Assembly: GCA_951406725.2 (NCBI GenBank)
Contig: OX597825.1
Span: 41,044,001-41,108,000, forward strand
Source of the DNA: Octopus vulgaris
Lineage: Eukaryota
DNA: 64,000 bases
Direction of reading: 5' to 3'
In this document: in pieces, positions 53,096-64,000 of the stretch
Layout: every line of letters begins with the position of its first letter
Position numbering within the stretch: the stretch's first letter is position 1
The notes under the pieces: model-generated
Seen by the model: only the letters and a program-made list of their open reading frames with translations
What the model was told of the DNA's origin: nothing
Databases searched by the model: none
Translations under genes and position numbers: made by a program

Positions 53096-54746
53096 TATAT
53101 AATTGTAGGTGTCACAATATATGTAAGAATTATGCTTCTGAACCATATGAGTTTGAGTACAGTCCCACTGTGCAATGTCGATCAAAGCTTTGTGAGTGGA
53201 TTTAGTAGACAGAAACCGAAGCCCATGATATTTTTGTATCTTCTTGTCTTGACATTATGTGACAGATGTAAATGAGTATCATCATCATACAGATAGAGCC
53301 CTTCCTTTCCAATCTTCCAGGAAGACACACTTGGTCTTGAGGAAATATTACCTTACTTAGAAACAGGTAAGTGACAGTGACAGGAAGAGCATCCAACCAC
53401 AGAAAACCCACCCCAGTAAATTCTAGCCAGCCCATGTGAGTATAGATCTGTGGATGTCAAAATGATGATGCTATCTCTACCTACTTTCACCCAACGATTT
53501 TTATTCATTTTATATTATGTTATACCATATTTCCTTGAAGTATAGAAAATAGAAAGATAACGTAAATTTCAATGCTAAAATGATGTTAGGCAGTGCTCTG
53601 ATAACCTTAGGAACATAACAATATATTACTGATTAGACTTAAGTTATAAAAGTATTTTAATATCTCACTTGATAATTTTAATTTCCTCTGAACATTAAGC
53701 CTGGCAGATGAGTATATTATCATATCTTGCTTAACATTGCATACAAAATTTGTCTCATTTCAGTATTTAACATTTCTATCTTTATTTAACAAATCTCAGA
53801 CTAATACATTGTTCATTGTATTTCTCTGATTACCCTTAGCTCTGACGTGAATCCCCAATTATGAATTCTTCATATAACACTGGCCTGCATATGACCTTCA
53901 ACAAAATGATGATCTCTTTATAAAGGCATTTTATTTAAATTCATAGTGAGACTGCTATTTAGTTCTCTTTGGAATTCTCTCCATGTTTGCTATTTCATGA
54001 TTCAATACATTGTATTTTGAAAAGTGTCTGTCACAATTGACTCTTTATCTTATTTTAATTCGAAAAGATTCAAAATTTATGTCTCAATAAATACCCTATA
54101 GTCTGCAGCAGTATGCTCTATTGTAACAGGTGAACAATTTCTATTAAAATAGATTTCTTCTGATGGGCTGAAACAGAATCGCTGATTATCATTCTATTAT
54201 TTAGGTGTGCATATCCTAAAATTGGAACAGGATGGAGTTTATTCATGCCATCATATCAAAGCAAAATATCTGCTGGTGGTGAAGTTGTTGTTGTTGTTGT
54301 TGGTGGTGGTGGTGATGATGATGGAGAAAGTAAGACAGTGGTGTTGGTGGTAGTGGTGATGATAGAGATCTTGATAGGGTTGGTAGCAGCGATGGTGGTG
54401 GTAGTGGAGGAAGTGACTGTGTGAATCTAGTAAATTATCATTTCCTTGTATTGTGGGCTTGAACTCTTCACCTATAAGCTAATATAATCAGTTCAGAAGC
54501 ACAGTAATTTGATTTGCCAAAAGGAAGAAGGAAAATCTTTCTTCTGGGGGTAAGAGAATTATGATTAGGCCCAAGCCAGTTATAAACGAGCAGGTCTTAG
54601 ATAAAAGCAGCATTGTCAACTATTGTCTTTATGTCAGGTGTCATATAAGAGGATTTGGCAACTATTTCTAGCAGTCAAGCACAGACATAGACAGTCCCTC
54701 ATTGATGTTTACTGAAAATATCAAAAACAGATTGGCTGAGATAAGT

Positions 54747-54786
<40 letters not shown>

Positions 54787-56564
54787 GGTGGTGAAATAAT
54801 TACTGAAGCAGTTACAAGTTTGTAGTGGTAAACAAAAGTAATCAACAAAAACGTTTGCAAATAAATAAATAACAGGAAGGGTTTACTGTGATGAGAAAAG
54901 AATACAACTGGGAGATTACTTATAGATAAGAATACTGTCAAACTGAAAAGAGGGGTACAGAATTTGAAAAGCAAGGGAGGAAGAGACCCTTGAAGAAAAG
55001 AAAAATAAATAGAGTATGTGTGTGTGTGGTGTGTGCCTGCGCATGTGTGTGCATGTGTTTGCTTGAGTGAGACATACAGAGGTGGTCTACGGAATGCCAT
55101 GATGAAGTGAAAATTCTTACTACTTAAGAGGAATGCTTGTATGTTATTTTGAAAATGCAAAAAAACAAGCAGCACTTAATGTTCAGAATTGGAAGCATGA
55201 ATGGGTTAAGATACAAAGGTTTGAAAATGATGGAACAAATAAAATTGGTCATTTGTAATTTGGAATTTTGCTTTGGTCTGGTTACAAGTGTTCTGTTGGA
55301 GATAATTGTTAAGTGTAGCAGCATTTAGAACATCAGCATCTGCATGATAGAGCTAAATGCCTGTTCCTAAGGTTCTGTATTGAAGCAACTCTCCCTCATG
55401 GTCTGGGCCAATAAGATATGATAGAGAGATGTACATCAGTTAGAAGCATAACAGCTGCTTTGAGAAAACTGTGAAAATTATCTGGTTTACAAAGAGAATT
55501 CATACAAATGAAAAAGAGAGGTGTTAGTGCATCAAGTGCCACAATGCAGAGACTGCTCCAAGTGATGAGATATATAGGCCTAGCACTAAAGTTTCTTCAC
55601 AACATTATATAGAATCAAAATTAGTTGACTTGGGCCAAGGAGAAGCAGAAATGGAATGTTAATTAGAGGCGCTGAGTGTTAGTTATTGATGATAGCAAAC
55701 TTTACAAAACTGGAAGGGAGAAGAAGTATAGAAACTTTAACCGATGGCAAGCTAATGTTAGGTTCTAGATGTCAGTGATGGTTTAGGGTGCCATGTTGTG
55801 GACAGGTGTTGAACCATTGTGTTTCCTCAGTCAATACCTGTTCAACAGTCTAGTAAACACTTCTTTCTGCCATCAATTGACAAGACTTTTAGTGATGTTG
55901 AATCTCTATTCCAGGAGTGGACATGTTACGAAGAAGAAATGTTCAGATAAGCAACTTTGTTTTCACATAAAAGAACTGCTTCTCAACTTATTTCATATCA
56001 CCAATATTATCTATTTATAAAGCTATGTTTATTTCCATGCTGTATGTTATAGAAAAGTTAAGCAATCCCAATGTTCCATTCTGTTTTTTCTCCTGTAGCT
56101 CTAATTTTCAAAAATTTAAAAGCCGTGCAAGCTACATCAAGCGAACTTAGTGAATTTTTGTCTCTTTGTTTTTCTTTGTTTCGTTCCTTGCTTTATTTTA
56201 TTTCATTCACATTATGTTTAAAACATCACTTTTTTCCATGCTATATATTAAATAATAGCTTTCACTTTGTTTGGATATTTTATATGGCTTTATCTAGGGA
56301 ATGGGACATCCATGCTGTTTGGTCATTTGTAGTGCACCTGCCCAACCCACCCTTTTTTACCTCTACCAGAAGTCTTTCTCCTAGAACCTCTATCAGAAAC
56401 CTATAAGGAATGCTCTCTCCCTCACTTTCACCTCTATCTAGTGGCTATCTCCTGGTAAACATGGCAAGTGTGAAGTAATAAAATGATGGTAAAGTAAATA
56501 CAGGTTGAAACCTCTCTGCACTTATACAATTTGTCTGAGAAAAGTACATGTGAGCTTTCTTTTC

Positions 56565-56660
56565 AGATGCAAAATGCTGTCCCCCATCCCTGTGTCTCCC
56601 CCACTCACACCTTCCACACCCTTAGAGTTGGCACACTCAATGTGAGCACATTGACAGGTA
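56565..56660 (+). mobile_element. RTE-type LINE ORF start (APE endonuclease N-terminus) remnant
   Basis: HTLRVGTLNVSTLTG matches the (I/V)GT.NV.TL motif of APE endonucleases. Confidence 0.55.
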
Positions 56661-57168
56661 TATTTATCAGTTAAAATTGCTGTCATCCACACATATTGCT
56701 TTATCTTTTCAAGTGCTGATGTCACATAAAAATCATTCGTGTCAATGCTGCATATATGCTCACGTGCTGGTGACATGTAAAAAGCACCCAGCACACTCTG
56801 TCAAGTGGTTGGCATTAGGAACAGCATCCAGCTGTAGAAACCATGCCACAACAGACAAATGGGTCTGGACACCTCCCAGATGGCCAGCTCCATGTCACAC
56901 CATCCAACTCATGACAGCATAGAAAGCTGACAAACGATGATAATGATGATGAATCAGAGACAAACCAGCCACTGTCTGGTTTATTAACTATCACATCAGT
57001 GTATTTATATTAATATGTCTGCCTTTTCACTATTAATCCTGAAGATTTCTACTTGAGCCACGTTTATGTATTTGTTTTGCAAGATTCCTCATATGGAATT
57101 ATGTATTGAAACAGATATTGGTATATTAGGGTGTTATCATTTTATTTTTTTTTATTTTTATTTGCCAC

Positions 57169-57476
57169 TATATACTCGTACTTCACTTAAGGTTCATTAT
57201 TGTTCATATTTTCGTATCTTTTGTCTGAATTCTTTCATCACACATCCTGTGATCTTTTCAGCAACTCTCCATTCCACATGTCTTCCTCTGTTCTGTTTAG
57301 TCCATTCTGTCTTTGTTTTTAAATTCCTGTAACTGTGGTTCATTCAGAAAGACAGTATGGGCTAAACAGAACATGAAGAGTTGCTGAAGAGGTCACAGGA
57401 TGTGTGATGAAAGATTTCACACAAAAGATAGTAAGATAAGAATAATTATAAAACTGAAGTGAACAAAAAGTATATA
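57169..57476. mobile_element. About 310 bp palindrome with an HHR-like core in each arm
   Basis: Arms are reverse complementary. Right arm: CTGAAGA-g-GTCACA ggatg TGTGAT-GAAA-GATTTC (57384-57418). Left arm carries the mirror on minus (57227-57264). Confidence 0.8.
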
Positions 57477-58242
57477 ATGCATGTGGTTGTTTGGCGAAAG
57501 AAACAGAAATGACCATCCCCAAATATATGAGTTCTTTTCGAGTAAAAGTCCTTTTACAATTGTGCAATTCATGAAAGGTTATTTTTCTCACTGATTTCAC
57601 TAGTAACATAACAAATTACAACCAGCTAAATAAATGCATTCTAAATGTTCACTTACAATTTTAACAATTAATTCAAAAGAATGGTGATTATCCCATCATC
57701 TTCAATATTGTTTTAACTCAACAGAACATCCATTTGTTTCATTGAATATAATAGATTCAAGAGTAAATAATGATGGTGGTAATACAAAGATAGTAAACAG
57801 CAACAATATACATAGCCAAGAGCTGTTATTATACACTCTCGAAAATTTGATGGGTTCAGTAAAATAAAATGACTGTTCCATTGCATTAATAATCAGAAGG
57901 AAAAAGAAAAAATTAACACTCTACATGTTTCCTGGTATTGACTTTCCAATTATAACAATATAATGTGAATTTATTGCATATTGAATAAAGTATAATTCAA
58001 GTTTATATTTGATGTGAGATTCAACATCAAAAATACATTAATATTAGACATGTGCTTGCCTTAGTTCTAAGGTATCAAAAATGAAAATTAAACATTAACA
58101 TGAATTGTAGTTATTGAGAGACAGTCTGTTTAACCTACAACTTAAATGTAGTTAGCTTACAGTAAGGGAGAAATACAAGAGAGAAATCTGGATTTAGATA
58201 ATAACTTCATTAAATTAATGGTGTAAAAATTGGAAGGTTGGA

Positions 58243-58610
58243 CAGGCATGGCTCTGTGGTAAGAAGCTTGTTTCCCAATTACATTGTTCCAGGTTCAGTC
58301 CCACTGTGTGGCATCTTGGGCAAGTGTCTTCTACTATAGTCTCAGGCCAACTAAAGCCTTATGAGTGGATTTGGTAGGCAGAAACTGAAAGGAGTCTGTC
58401 ATGTGTGTGTGTGTTCTTGTCTCCCACTTCTGCTTGACAACTTGTGTTGCTTTGTTTATATCACTGTGTCTCAGTGGTGCAGTAAAAAGAAACTGATGGA
58501 ACAAGTATCAGACTTAAAAAAAAAGTACTGGGGTCAATTCATTTGAGTAAATGTTCTTCATGGTGGTGCCACAGCATGGTCGCAGTCTTATGAATGAAAC
58601 AGATAAAAAA
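58243..58610 (+). mobile_element. Near full-length tRNA-derived SINE
   Basis: CAGGCATGGCTCTGTGGTAAGAAGCTTG...GGTTCAGTCCCACTG...CAGCATGGTCGCAGT..ATGAAACAGATAAAA. Confidence 0.9.
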
Positions 58611-60211
58611 ATACTTAGACATCACATAGAGGAAATAAGGATTTACATCTTTATATTGATCATTCCTTGAAACAATATTTTCGAGTTTTGCTGTATGCAT
58701 AAGAGATTATTTTGAAATGTAGTGACAAGTTGCAAGGTAAGTGGATCTACAATGAATTAACCCTTGAATAACAAAACTAAAGAACTTTCACTGAATTTTC
58801 ATGTGGTATATAATTCAATAAGAGGACAAAGATGGATTTAATCAGATGTCAAAGTTTTACTAATGCTTACGTGAATTCAACAAAATTTCTAATTGCTTTA
58901 TCGGGAAAGCAAATAACTCTTGTGAAATCAAGTACATGTCTGTAAGTATTCAGTACTAAGAGTGGCATGCTATTCTTTCTATCTCACTGCCTTATCTCTG
59001 TCTCTCTGCCATACATGAAGATATTTAAAAGTTAGTTTTGTTTATTTTAAATGTATAATGTCAACATCATACAACTGGTAGAGTCAACCATCAGAGGCAT
59101 TGTTGGCAAGATATGTTTTTCAACAGCAATAAAGTGGCTACTGTATTACATACAGTTTCTCAATTGTCCTAAGGTTTCTATGTGCACAAAGGAATGTAAA
59201 TGTAGAACAGAAAACAAAGGAAGTGCAGGAATCAGTTATAATATATATTACTAATGTTTTGATCAATAAAAGCAAAAGCGGTCATTGTTATTGGAGAAGT
59301 ATTTATTTTCCAATCAACTGTACATATCAAACAGAGAAGCTAAAGAAAATTGAATGTCAGTAAAATAACAAATTGAGAGTTTAGGACCATTTAGAAACAA
59401 TTTAGTTGGATCAAACTGTATGTAGGAAAATGTGTGGTAACTGCTGTAAGATGATGAGCTGAATAACAGTATTTGAGAAGATGTTAATATAGTTTATTTG
59501 ATCCTGTAGATAATTGCAATGGGAAGTACAGCAATGTCTCAATATTAACTTGTCAAGAAAATGACAAACACATATAGAGAAAAGCCAATTATATAGATAT
59601 TACTCAGGTTGTAAAAGGAAAATAGCATTGTCTTTAAATAGATATTGAAGGAAGTTGGAAGAATAAAAATGTTAAAGAATATCATTTAAACGATTGGCTT
59701 CTAAAGTGATTGACGTTAATATGACAATACAGGAGACTGTATTAAAGAAACATAGTCATGGACATTAGCATCTATACAATACTTTAAATTCCAGTTTTGG
59801 ATGCAAATATCCAAAAATATTAGCCATGGTACATCTGGCTAATAAGTAATGAATTCAAGTTGACTACACATGCGCTATTTCTAAGAGCAAGGCTTCTTAG
59901 TTACTTCTTGGTTCACTTAGCTATGGAGAATAGAAAGCAATTTTTCATCGGAAAGTTAAAATCACTAGATTAGCATGCTACCTAGTGGTGGATTTAATAG
60001 CTGAATTAAAATTTGTCATTTGTGAAAGGATTTTGGTTACACTGAAGTCAGGTTAAAGTTCTGTATTGTTCAGTATTTTCATTTTAAATAGAATTCTCAG
60101 GAAAATTCACATACTCATCAGTTTGTTATCCACTTATAACATTACATAGAAAAAAGAACCACCACCACTAGTACCAAAACTATATTCATTCATGTGCACA
60201 GTAAACAGATA

Positions 60212-60310
60212 TTAGGTTGGCAAAAGTGTCAGCCAGTCTGCAACTGTAGGTATAAGCAACTGTTGCTTACACCAACAGTTGGAGAGCGGCTGATACTGCT
60301 GCTAATTTAA
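60212..60310. mobile_element. Made1-like palindromic mini-MITE of about 100 bp
   Basis: Starts TTAGGTTGGCAAAAG (mariner-like TIR); the core 60225-60297 is an imperfect 36-bp hairpin centred on AAGCAAC-T-GTTGCTT. Confidence 0.65.
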
Positions 60311-60562
60311 CATCAAGGAGATTCAGTAAGGTAATGGAATCAGTGTAACTGGATATTTCCTAGACTGCTTCCTTCTGAGGACAGGCCTTTGTACCTGAAA
60401 TATAAAGGTTTTTGTAAAACTTTCTGCATTGTTAGGAGCTTTTATATTTTCCCTTTTCTTTTCCTTGTAAGAGGATTTGCTGTGGGACTTGAAAATGTAA
60501 TTCTCTCTCTCTCTTTTGATACACACACACACATATTTTCTGAAGTGTACAGTAATATTTAT

Positions 60563-60668
60563 CCATTATAGCTGATCTTATCAATCGGTTTCACACTAGG
60601 GATTCAATGGAGTGTTAAATAACAATCAGATTATGTAATCCTGTGCTCATCAGAGGTAGCCATTATGG
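60563..60668 (-). ncRNA. Hammerhead-like motif with long stem II
   Basis: Minus strand CCATAATGGCTacct-CTGATGA-GCAC aGGATT...AATCCcta GTGT-GAAAC-cgatt-GATA-agatc-AGCTATAATGG; stem III is mutated. Confidence 0.55.
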
Positions 60669-60699
60669 AATGAAATATGTATGTGTGTATATATATATA

Positions 60700-60865
60700 T
60701 CTTTACGTAGTTAAATCTATGTCTACTCATTGGATGACCAATGGTTTTGCATCCACAAAGGGCTTAGCCCCATGGATATCTCATCAGACTCTAAAGCTGA
60801 AGACCTTTGTGGATGTGAAACCATTGGTCCCTCAATAACTGAACATAGACTTAACTACATATAAA
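60700..60865. mobile_element. About 165 bp palindrome with an HHR-like core
   Basis: GTAGTTAA.TCTATGT...GACCAATGGTTT..CATCCACAAAGG pairs with CCTTTGTGGATGTGAAACCATTGGTC...ACATAGACTTAACTAC. Right arm: CTGAAGA..GAAAC-CATTG-GTC (60797-60829). Confidence 0.75.
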
Positions 60866-61459
60866 TACATTACTGCTTTAGAGTGTGCTTCTTTTACAGA
60901 TATATGATATATTGACAATATATATGTGTGTATATAATCATGAATAGGGGCAGTTATACTCCATCTATAGCACAACTATTTAGTGCTTGAAGTTCAAAGT
61001 TAATTGGGTTATTGAAATATTATGGAAGATTTTGGATTTGCGACAAAATTTTAAGTTATCAGTCCATGTAAAAAAAGTAAAACTTCAATCCTTTAAATGC
61101 TTCATAAAAATATATATGTAAAATAAATATTTCGACATGAGAGGCAAATATACACATTGAAACAATACATATTCAGTGATATCATAGATACAGGATTGGT
61201 TCATTGCATCAAAGGTGCTAATATTAAAACTCATAAGAGTAGATGGAAAGATTGACAGAAGTTTAAATTAAAATCCAAATGTGAAATTTAACTTATACAT
61301 CCTACAGCTTTTCAGGAAATATAATGGTACGAGCAGATTTCAATTTAAATCCATTCCAGAATCATTATTTCTTTCGTCAGTGATATTAATATCTCACATA
61401 GATCACATTTGGCATATTTGTTCATAGACATCAAAGATCAGTTACACTATACACTACAT

Positions 61460-61529
<70 letters not shown>

Positions 61530-61549
61530 TGTATAAGTATATGTGTATG

Positions 61550-61760
61550 TATCTTGTCTGTATCTTCTTCCCACTGCTTGGCAACCAATGTTGGTCTGTT
61601 TATGCCCCTGTAACTTGGAGGTTCAGCAAAAGAGACCAATAGAATAGTACCAGGCTTACAAACAAGAACTAAGGTCACATTGTTCAACTAAAACTCTTCA
61701 AGGAGGTTCCCAGTATGGCCACAATCCAATGAGTGAAACAAATAAAAGATAACAGAAAGA
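61550..61760 (+). mobile_element. SINE 3' fragment
   Basis: GTAACTT.G.GGTTCAGCAAAAGAGACCAATAGAATA.TACCAGGCTTAC...ATGGCCAC..TGAAACAAATAAAAGA. Confidence 0.8.
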
Positions 61761-61807
61761 TATATTTAGGTATAATATGAATGTATATATATATATATAC
61801 ATTGCAT

Positions 61808-61848
<41 letters not shown>

Positions 61849-62208
61849 AATATATATATATATATAGTGATGATGTATTACATAAAATATATATATATTC
61901 CTGGTAATGAAGATCATTAAACTCCAGCATGTAATTACATTGCAATAAATCCAGGTGGAATGAAGATTGTATGTAGATGCATAATTAACTGAAATGATCC
62001 TGAAGAAAAGCATAAATTTCAGAGATAAAAATTTAATTACTTTCCAACAGCCATTTTGTTAGAAATAAGCATTATTCATTCTATAATTATATAATTAAGA
62101 TATATAATTAATTGATAAAAAATGATCTCAAACATTTATCTTAAATCATCAGGAATATTATAGGCTACTGTACCCATAAGCTGTTATGAGTTCAAATATG
62201 AAATGGAG

Positions 62209-62370
62209 AATGTTTTTCTCCTTGTTTCTTTCTGTGTTCCTTTCTGTGGAAGAGCATACGCTTCAAACGTTAAAGACTTTTTCAATTCCCGGACGTTATT
62301 CTAATACATCTGTTTGTTTTCTACACCACCTGTCTTTATCTTTTTCTTTTTTCGTGAATTCTCCCTCTAT
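62209..62370 (+). mobile_element. pLTR-like fragment, family B (decayed HHR 62239-62276)
   Basis: TTTCTGTGGAAGAGCATACGCTTCAAACGTTAAAGAC; ends at a (TA)n tract. Confidence 0.75.
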
Positions 62371-62519
62371 ATATATACATATATATATACACACATATAT
62401 ATATACATATATATACACACACACACATATATATATACATACATATATATATATATATACATATAAATATATATATGTGTCTGTGTGTGTGTGTTTGTGT
62501 GTGTATATATATATATATA

Positions 62520-62700
62520 TGGGGAGAATTCACAAAAAAAACAAAAGATGAAGACAAGTAGTGTAGACAACAAACAGATGTATTAGTATAATGCTCGGGA
62601 ACTGAAAAGGTCTTTAATATTTCGAGCCTACACTCTTCTACAGAAAGGAACACAGAAAAAAACAAGGAGAGAAAATAAAGAATGTGTAGTGGCGAGCAAA
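62520..62700 (-). mobile_element. pLTR-like fragment, family B (HHR variant 62611-62648)
   Basis: Minus strand CTTT-CTGTAGA-A-GAGT gtag GCTC-GAAA-TATT-AAAG. Confidence 0.75.
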
Positions 62701-62711
62701 GGCTGGGTTAT

Positions 62712-62766
62712 GGGCTAACCTTAGGTTTCATGTCTATAAAGAGTTTATGGCATATCATCAGATCCC
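62712..62766 (-). ncRNA. Type I hammerhead motif (family A)
   Basis: Minus strand GGGAT-CTGATGA-tatg-CCATAAA ctc TTTATAG-acat-GAAAC-CTAAG-GTT-AGCCC. Confidence 0.72.
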
Positions 62767-63489
62767 AAAACCTATTGGCTAAAGGCCTCTCTAGCAAGTG
62801 GACTCTCAAGAGTATGGAGGAAGAAAAGACCCTACTACTCCATGTCAACAAAAGGAATTGTCTCCACTAGGCTATCTATTTCTGATGTCACCAAAGGAGA
62901 TTGTATCCCTTTAGCTATCGATCACCAGTGACCCTGTTATCCCATGGGTTCCAATAGGCTAGCAAGAATTTCCTGAAATGTAAGCACAGTTTGAAGACCT
63001 CCATTCTGACGTTCAGGATGTTTCTTGGGTTGAGGAATCCTTTAAGGTCCTCACCCATTCCGCTATGCATGATTTACAATGATTGGTCCTTTTAATGTAG
63101 GGGCCTGGCTTTTCTAGGATTCTCCATGATATAAAATCCTGTTGTCTATTAGCTGCCATACATAGCTGGCTATTAACATAATGAATCTCCTTTCTGGCAT
63201 CCTGCAGGAGGATCTGTGGTTGGGGAGACAATGTTTGAATGAGTTCCAGAAACAGCCAATGTATCTCCATGGTCAGGAGTTGGCAGTGGTGTGTCTGTTG
63301 GTGTTGCTACAACCGCTGTTGCTGGAATTGACACTATTGGTGCTGTCACTGCTGGTGTTGGCATCAGTGGAGGTGATGATAGTGTTGGTGTTGGTGCCAT
63401 TGTTGTTGTCGACATTTGAGTAATGGACTCCTGTTCTCCTCCATCACTAGAGAGGTGACTTGCTAGAGAGGCCTTCAGCGAACAGGTTT

Positions 63490-63550
63490 GGGATCTGATG
63501 ATACAGCATAAAGCAAAGCATTTTATGGATATGAAGCACAAGGTAATCCC
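63490..63550 (+). ncRNA. Type I hammerhead motif (family A; GAAA mutated to GAAG)
   Basis: GGGAT-CTGATGA-tacag-CATAAAG caaagca TTTTATG-gatat-GAAGC-ACAAG-GTA-ATCCC; perfect 5-bp stem I. Confidence 0.7.
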
Positions 63551-63584
63551 ATAAACTGGCCTTATCTAACTTTAATATATACTG

Positions 63585-63762
63585 GTCCAGTATATATTTT
63601 TTTTCTCTCCTTGTTTCTTTTCTGTGTATCTTTCTGTTGAAGAGCGTAGGCTCGAAATGTAAAGGACTTGTTTTATTTCTATTCCTGAGCGCCATACTAA
63701 TACAATTGTTTGTTTGTACTCCACCTGCCTTCGTCTTTTGTTTATTTTCGTAAACCTTCCCG
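63585..63762 (+). mobile_element. Family-B pLTR-like fragment inserted in the family-A tail with a 14-bp TSD; HHR variant 63629-63666
   Basis: TTTAATATATACTG at 63571-63584 and 63763-63776; CTGTTGA-A-GAGC gtag GCTC-GAAA-TGTA. Confidence 0.8.
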
Positions 63763-64000
63763 TTTAATATATACTGTTCTATAACTTAGAGTGTGCTTCT
63801 TTTTCTCAGATTCATGTTTACGGACAATCCAATATACATACACACACACACACATATATATATATATATGAATAAAATAAAATAAAAAATACACTTTACA
63901 GGACATTACCAATGAGTGAAAAATACATAACACATGAGAGAATAGTACAGGACAAAATACCAAATGTCGGACTGTTTATTACTCCCTATTTCATGAGTGC

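Larger units (their letters stand above)
62700..63830. mobile_element. Family-A element: inverted arms of about 110 bp, each with an HHR, internal Pro/Thr-rich ORF remnant, and right-hand tail
   Basis: 62700-62810 is the reverse complement of 63445-63562. The arms are homologous to the 2432-2995 palindrome, and the tail TTAGAGTGTGC is also found at 3016. Confidence 0.8.

Noticed and set aside
54205-54275. Possible short exon after TTTTAG
   Set aside because: Weak donor, no homology recognised.
58243-58320. tRNA-like heads of SINEs as tRNA genes
   Set aside because: They continue into SINE bodies and lack a complete cloverleaf.

Overview
AT-rich eukaryotic intergenic or intronic DNA, most likely octopus. 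That assignment is inferred from the tRNA-headed and RTE-tailed SINE families, the R4/Dong and HERO LINEs and the dense (TA)n/(CA)n/(TATG)n microsatellites. I see no convincing host gene exon, and most listed ORFs are microsatellite read-through. The window is a mosaic of decayed mobile elements: two maT-like Tc1/mariner deletion derivatives, a mariner and MITEs, a Ty3/gypsy remnant split by a non-autonomous Helitron, R4/Dong and HERO LINE fragments, a probable hAT remnant and several Penelope-like (GIY-YIG) pieces. The main unexplained pattern is a set of fold-back (palindromic) elements whose arms each carry an outward-facing type-I hammerhead ribozyme (HHR) motif: 2432-2995, 49653-51142, 57169-57476, 60700-60865, 62700-63562 and a decayed one at 46397-46532. 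There are also solo HHR variants, a tRNA-like + (AAT)n + HHR module, a decayed tandem tRNA-like pair and small hairpin MITEs. All structures were read by eye, so coordinates may be off by a few nucleotides.
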